DNA of 64,000 nt, from positions 7,136,001 to 7,200,000 of the forward strand of contig OZ244999.1 in NCBI GenBank assembly GCA_965223265.1, given 5' to 3'. Position numbers and translations under genes: made by a program. Each line of letters begins with the position of its first letter. Position 1 is the first letter of the stretch. This document shows, piece by piece, positions 59,215-64,000 of this stretch. The notes beneath the pieces are model-generated. The model saw only the letters and a list, made by a program, of their open reading frames with translations. It did no database searches and was not told the DNA's origin. The stretch comes from Planctomycetota bacterium (lineage in GTDB: Bacteria; Planctomycetota; UBA8108; SXIK01).

Positions 59215-62200
59215 ATGAACATCAAGCTAATTGCCGTGTTTGGTTTGGCGGCGGTTGTTCTCTTGTCGACGAACGCAGTGCGGGCCGACGAGGTCGCGGC
59301 AACTCTGGCCGATGCGGCTGAGAAAAACGACTCGGCCACCGTGGCCACTCTACTGGCGCAGGGCTGCGTCGTGAACCAGCCTCAGGTCGATGGCATGACG
59401 GCCCTTCATTGGGCCGTTTATCACGGCAACGAACATTTGACCCGGCGGTTAGTGGCTGCCGGTGCCAAAGCAGCAGCTAAAAACCGTTACGGTGTGCGGC
59501 CGTTATCCATCGCATGCCTCAACGGTGACAGAAACATCGTCAAGATTCTCCTACAGGCCGGGGCCGATCCAGAAACGGAGCTTCCAGGCGGCGAAACCGC
59601 ACTGATGACCGCGTCGCGGACAGGTCGCTTAGGTCCGGTAGAAGAGCTTCTTGCTCGAGGCGTCGACGTCGATGCGAAAGCAGACGGCGGTCAAACAGCG
59701 CTGATGTGGGCTTCGGCCGATGGGAATCTGCAAGTTGTAGACGCCCTGCTCAAGGCAGGAGCTGACTTTCGCACGCCGCTTCCTTCTGGTTTCACGCCGC
59801 TCTTCTTCGCCGTTCGAGAGGGGCGCACAGACGTTGCGCTCCGCCTCCTCGAGGAGGAAATCGATATCGATGCCCCTATGCGCAGCAGCAAGGAGCGAAG
59901 TCGTCCCAACGCGCTGCTACTGGCAGTCGAAAACGGTCATTACGCCACAGCTCTGGCGCTGCTGAAGGCTGGTGCCGATCCGGATGCGCAGCCGAAGGGG
60001 TACGCTGCGCTCCATGCTATCAGCTGGGTCCGTAAGCCGATCCGGGGGGACGGCGACCCACCTCCGATTGGTTCAGGCGATCTGAGCGACCTGGAGTTCG
60101 TGCGCGCGATGATCAAGCGCGGAGCCGACGTGAACGTGCAACTGGCAGACGGAGACTCCGGTTTCGCCGATTTCACCATGACAGGCTCAACTCCGTTCGT
60201 ACTGGCCGCGCGCACGGGGGATATGCCGCTGATGAAAACCCTACTCGAGTTGGAAGCCAATCCTTCGATCACGAATGCCGACAGATCAACCGCACTACTC
60301 GCTGCGGCTGGTATCGGCGACCTCGGCAGTGGTCAGCAGTCCGCGGGCAGCGAGGAAGAAGCCATCGAAGCCGCCAAACTGCTCTTAGAGCTTGGAGCCG
60401 ATGTCAACGCCGTAGACGAAAACGGCGAGACGGCGATGCATGGCGCCGCCTACCAAAACTGGCCAAAGATGGTTGCGTTTCTCGCCGGGAGCGGCGCCGA
60501 GATAAGTGTCTGGAACCGAAAGAACGATTGGGGGTGGACACCGCTGCTGATTGCCCAGGGCTACCGGGAGGGAAACTTTCGCCCGGATGTAGCTACAATC
60601 GAGGCCATCGAGCGGGTGATGCGTTCTGCCGGCGTGACACCTCCTGAGCCAGGTTCGGATGTCGTGGCGAACCAACAGAGCTGGGACAAGATCAAGCCGC
60701 AGCGTGAGCGGGCCAAAGAATCCCCAACGAACGAGACGACCGACGCCCGCTCTTCACTGGGTGCATTCCATATACGACCAGGGTTCACCGTCGAACTCAT
60801 CGCCGCCGAACCCCTGGTCGTTGACCCTGTCGCCTTCGACTGGGGGACCGACGGCACGCTGTGGGTAGTGGAAATGCGTGACTACCCTCTCGGACGTGAC
60901 GTTGAGACGGGCCTAGGCGGCTGCATTCGCCGGCTCGAGGACACCGATAGCGATGGGCGCTACGACCGCTCAACCCTTTTTCTCCAGGGACTGACGTTTC
61001 CGAACGGTGTCATGACCTGGCGTGATGGCGTTCTCGTCACCTCCGCACCGGAGATCTTCTACGCTGAAGATTCAGACGGAGACGGTCAAGCGGATCGGCG
61101 CGAAGTGCTCTTCGCAGGATTCGGTGAAGTCAATCCTCAGCACCGAGTCAACGGACTGCGCTGGGGACTCGACAACTGGATCTACTGCGCCAGCGGCGAC
61201 TTCGCGCCACGGCGTGATCGTCCGTCCGATGTCGCCGCGCTTCGCGCCGCCAGCGCCGGGCCATCCCTTGGGGCCACGAGAGACGTCCAAGGACTGATTC
61301 TCGGCGGCGCCGGCATCCGCTGCGTCAAGACCGGCGCCACTGTCGACATCCGCAACCGCGACCTTCGCTTTCGACCCGCGAGCGGCGTGCTCGATCCGCA
61401 GTCTGGCCAGTCGCAGTACGGTCGCGAGCGCGACGACTGGGGTAACTGGTTTGGCTGCAATCACGCCACGCCCATTTGGCACTACACGCTTGCCGATCAC
61501 TACCTGCGCCGTAACCCTCACGTCGCCGGACCGTCGCCGCGAACAGAGCCGCGCCGAACCGCACCACCGCGGACGTTCGCCATAGGTACCGACAGTCGAA
61601 GCAGCGGCACGCGCCGCAGCTCGAGTGGCAATGCCTTCACTTCCGCCTGCAGCGTCGTCCCTTATCGCGATGAGCTCTTCGGCGCCGACTTTTCCACTAG
61701 CTGGTTCGTCTGCGAGCCGGTCCACAACCTTGTCCACCGCGAAATCCTGACGCCGAGCGGCGTCACGTTCGCGAGTCGACGAGCCATTGACGAAACAGAC
61801 TCGGAGTTCCTCGCCTCACGCGACAAAATGTTCACGCCGGTGATGGCGCGAACCGGACCCGACGGGGCCCTGTGGATCGCTGACATGTACCGGGACGTCC
61901 TCGAACACCCACATTGGCTCCCGCGCGGGTGGGAGAAGACAACCGACGTGCGCGCTGGCGACGACAAAGGAAGAATCTACCGCATCTTCCCAACCGCAGA
62001 ACCGCCGCGCGCCGTGCCACGGCTCGATCAGCTTGACACCGACGCACTCGTCGGCGCGCTCGACAGCCCCAGCGGCTGGCAACGTGACAAGGTCCAGCAG
62101 CTCCTCATAGAACGTGACGACGCCTCGGCAGTGCCCCTGCTGCGAGCGCTCGCACACGAGAGTTCTCGCGCCGTTTGCCGCCTGCAGGCACTCTGCAGTC

Positions 62201-63741
62201 TTGATGGGATGGGAAGTCTCGACCCTGACCTCATACAGGGCGCAATGAATGACGTGCATCCCGAGGTCCGCCGCCATGGCGTTCGGCTCAGCGAGACACT
62301 GCTCGAAGACTTCCCGGAGCTTCAGGTCGGGCTCGCCGAGTTGGCACGTGATCGGAGCGCAGTCGTGCGGCTGCAGGTTGCCTGTAGCCTCGGTGCAGCG
62401 ACAACGCAGCGTGCTGCGCAAGCCCTGGGGGAGCTGCTCGCTGACTCGCGCGACGATCCTTATCTCAGAAGTGCGGCGATGAGCTCGGTGACAGCGCAAA
62501 ACGTTGCGTCGGTGACGCAGGCCACGCTCGAAGCAGTTCGACAACCGTCGCTGCCGATCATCAGGGATCTACTCAGCTCGGCGATCGGCTTCGACTCACA
62601 GCAGGCGACACGAAAGCTCCTCGGCGCGGTTGTCAGACCTGATCTGACGCAGCGTCGCGGCGACGCTGAGATGACCCACCACTGGCTCCTCCTCAGCGCG
62701 GTTCTCGACGTGATCGCACAGCACGAAACGTCTCTTCAAGAACTCACCGAGAAGGTGGCGCCGGAGAGCGCCGCTATGTCGCTTCATAAAGTGTTCGAAG
62801 CAGCGCGCAAGACGGCGACAGACTCGACGGCGTCGCTCGCGGCGCGACAAGCAGCGATCCCCCTCCTCGGCCGCTGCTTCAATAGGGAAAGCGAGGACAT
62901 CGGACGACTCTCAGCGCTACTGAGCCCCCGCAACGCCGACGCCATCCAGAGTGCCGCCACGCGAGCGCTGGGAGCGTTCAGCAGCCCCGACATCGCAGCG
63001 CTCTTCCTCGATCGCTGGAAGAGTTACTCGCCGTCCATCAGGTCCGAAGTGCTCGACATTCTTCTGCGCCGCGAGACGTGGCTGTCAACTCTTTTTGCAG
63101 CGCTCGAAAGAGGCGATGTCCTCGCAGTTGACATCGATCCAGCCACACGACAGCGCCTCGCTGCGTATCCAGTGGCCGAGGTGCGACGGCGCGCAGCACG
63201 GCTATTGAGCGACTCTTCGCAAGTCCGTGACACCCCCGATCGCGGCACGGTGGTCGCAAACGCCCGGCCGACGCTTCAGCTCGTCGGTGACATTGAGCGC
63301 GGGCGCACGCTCTTCACGCAGAAGTGCGCGCCTTGCCACAAGGTAGACACGGTGGGCGGCACGATCGGCCCCGACCTGACGCCCTACCGAAGCAAAGAAC
63401 CGGAGTGGTTCCTCACGGCGCTGCTGGACCCCAACCGTGCCGTGGAGGCACGCTTCGTCGGCTACAGCGCAGTGCTGACAAACGGAACAGTTCTCTTCGG
63501 CGCGATCACCGAAGAGACAGGAAATACGATCACGCTTGTCAGCGCTAGCGGCAGCCTCGACGTAGTTCTGCGCTCACAACTCGCTGAGCTCCGGAGCTCC
63601 GGGAAGTCGATCATGCCCGAAGGTCTCGAGAAGGATCTGAACCATCAGGCACTTGCCGATCTGATCGCATTTCTGCGCGCCAGCCATGGGGACCGCAATG
63701 ACTCGAGAGAGGGAGAATCGAACGGCAATGCAGAACGATGA
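59215..63741 (+). CDS. Ankyrin-repeat domain fused to PVC-type heme-binding CxxCH protein (propeller + HEAT + cytochrome c)
   Basis: Ankyrin repeats (GMTALHWA, GETALMTA, GFTPLFFA), then AAEPLVVDPVAFDW, GPDGALWIADMYR, HEAT repeats, CAPCH and SIMPEGLE. Confidence 0.85.
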   Translation: MNIKLIAVFGLAAVVLLSTNAVRADEVAATLADAAEKNDSATVATLLAQGCVVNQPQVDGMTALHWAVYHGNEHLTRRLVAAGAKAAAKNRYGVRPLSIACLNGDRNIVKILLQAGADPETELPGGETALMTASRTGRLGPVEELLARGVDVDAKADGGQTALMWASADGNLQVVDALLKAGADFRTPLPSGFTPLFFAVREGRTDVALRLLEEEIDIDAPMRSSKERSRPNALLLAVENGHYATALALLKAGADPDAQPKGYAALHAISWVRKPIRGDGDPPPIGSGDLSDLEFVRAMIKRGADVNVQLADGDSGFADFTMTGSTPFVLAARTGDMPLMKTLLELEANPSITNADRSTALLAAAGIGDLGSGQQSAGSEEEAIEAAKLLLELGADVNAVDENGETAMHGAAYQNWPKMVAFLAGSGAEISVWNRKNDWGWTPLLIAQGYREGNFRPDVATIEAIERVMRSAGVTPPEPGSDVVANQQSWDKIKPQRERAKESPTNETTDARSSLGAFHIRPGFTVELIAAEPLVVDPVAFDWGTDGTLWVVEMRDYPLGRDVETGLGGCIRRLEDTDSDGRYDRSTLFLQGLTFPNGVMTWRDGVLVTSAPEIFYAEDSDGDGQADRREVLFAGFGEVNPQHRVNGLRWGLDNWIYCASGDFAPRRDRPSDVAALRAASAGPSLGATRDVQGLILGGAGIRCVKTGATVDIRNRDLRFRPASGVLDPQSGQSQYGRERDDWGNWFGCNHATPIWHYTLADHYLRRNPHVAGPSPRTEPRRTAPPRTFAIGTDSRSSGTRRSSSGNAFTSACSVVPYRDELFGADFSTSWFVCEPVHNLVHREILTPSGVTFASRRAIDETDSEFLASRDKMFTPVMARTGPDGALWIADMYRDVLEHPHWLPRGWEKTTDVRAGDDKGRIYRIFPTAEPPRAVPRLDQLDTDALVGALDSPSGWQRDKVQQLLIERDDASAVPLLRALAHESSRAVCRLQALCSLDGMGSLDPDLIQGAMNDVHPEVRRHGVRLSETLLEDFPELQVGLAELARDRSAVVRLQVACSLGAATTQRAAQALGELLADSRDDPYLRSAAMSSVTAQNVASVTQATLEAVRQPSLPIIRDLLSSAIGFDSQQATRKLLGAVVRPDLTQRRGDAEMTHHWLLLSAVLDVIAQHETSLQELTEKVAPESAAMSLHKVFEAARKTATDSTASLAARQAAIPLLGRCFNRESEDIGRLSALLSPRNADAIQSAATRALGAFSSPDIAALFLDRWKSYSPSIRSEVLDILLRRETWLSTLFAALERGDVLAVDIDPATRQRLAAYPVAEVRRRAARLLSDSSQVRDTPDRGTVVANARPTLQLVGDIERGRTLFTQKCAPCHKVDTVGGTIGPDLTPYRSKEPEWFLTALLDPNRAVEARFVGYSAVLTNGTVLFGAITEETGNTITLVSASGSLDVVLRSQLAELRSSGKSIMPEGLEKDLNHQALADLIAFLRASHGDRNDSREGESNGNAER

Positions 63742-64000
63742 AACCAAAGTGAATCAGAACACCCAATCGTGCGCCCAGGTCGATCGGCGCACCATGCTGA
63801 AAGCCGCCGCCGGCGCGGCTTCTGGGATGCTCGTGCCGTCGGCCATGACGCCTGCTGAAGCGACTCCAGAATCCGATGACCTCACCATCGACGGTTACAC
63901 CGGCAGGCTGAGTTACGCGGCAGGCGAGCCCATCCATCTTCACGTCTCGACCAATGCGCCGTCGTATTCACTCGAAATTGCGCGTGTCGGCGCAGAGCGA
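63728..64000 (+). CDS. Tat-signal protein, N,N-dimethylformamidase beta-subunit-like N-terminus (partial)
   Basis: Manual translation gives MQNDET..DRRTMLKAAAG..IDGYTGRLSYAAGEPIHLHVST..YSLEIARVG. Runs off the window. Confidence 0.6.
   Translation, partial: MQNDETKVNQNTQSCAQVDRRTMLKAAAGAASGMLVPSAMTPAEATPESDDLTIDGYTGRLSYAAGEPIHLHVSTNAPSYSLEIARVGAER

Overview
High-GC bacterial DNA, most likely a Planctomycetota (PVC) chromosome. This is inferred from the DUF1592/DUF1552-type genes, a PVC-type heme-binding protein and a planctomycete-type dockerin protein. Positions 1-47.4 kb are mostly housekeeping: mutY, tsaB, tpiA, secG, a yicC-like gene, gmk, rpoZ, split coaC/coaB, ftsK, rimO, pgsA, an RsbW/RsbV-like pair, rpoN, a pseudouridine synthase, selB, ileS, sppA, mobA, moeA, cutA, an ABC ATPase-permease fusion and hppA. 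This stretch is interrupted by copies of a 60-170 bp MITE family. One MITE copy is split by a complete 4065-bp five-gene DDE transposon with TG..CA inverted repeats and a TCTATA target duplication. The most unusual part is 50.1-54.9 kb, where two convergent 107-aa four-helix-bundle (TIGR02436/Avd-like) genes share the same architecture: a 6/12-mer tandem-repeat array, an almost identical structured non-coding leader, the gene, and a 3' hairpin. In each cassette the variable stem of the leader matches that cassette's own repeat unit. A 2.65-kb large-serine-recombinase element has inserted into the first leader and hides this architecture. Two further strongly structured intergenic RNA candidates lie at 23.4-23.8 kb and 31.6-31.9 kb. 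All calls come from reading the sequence by eye; no database searches were run.
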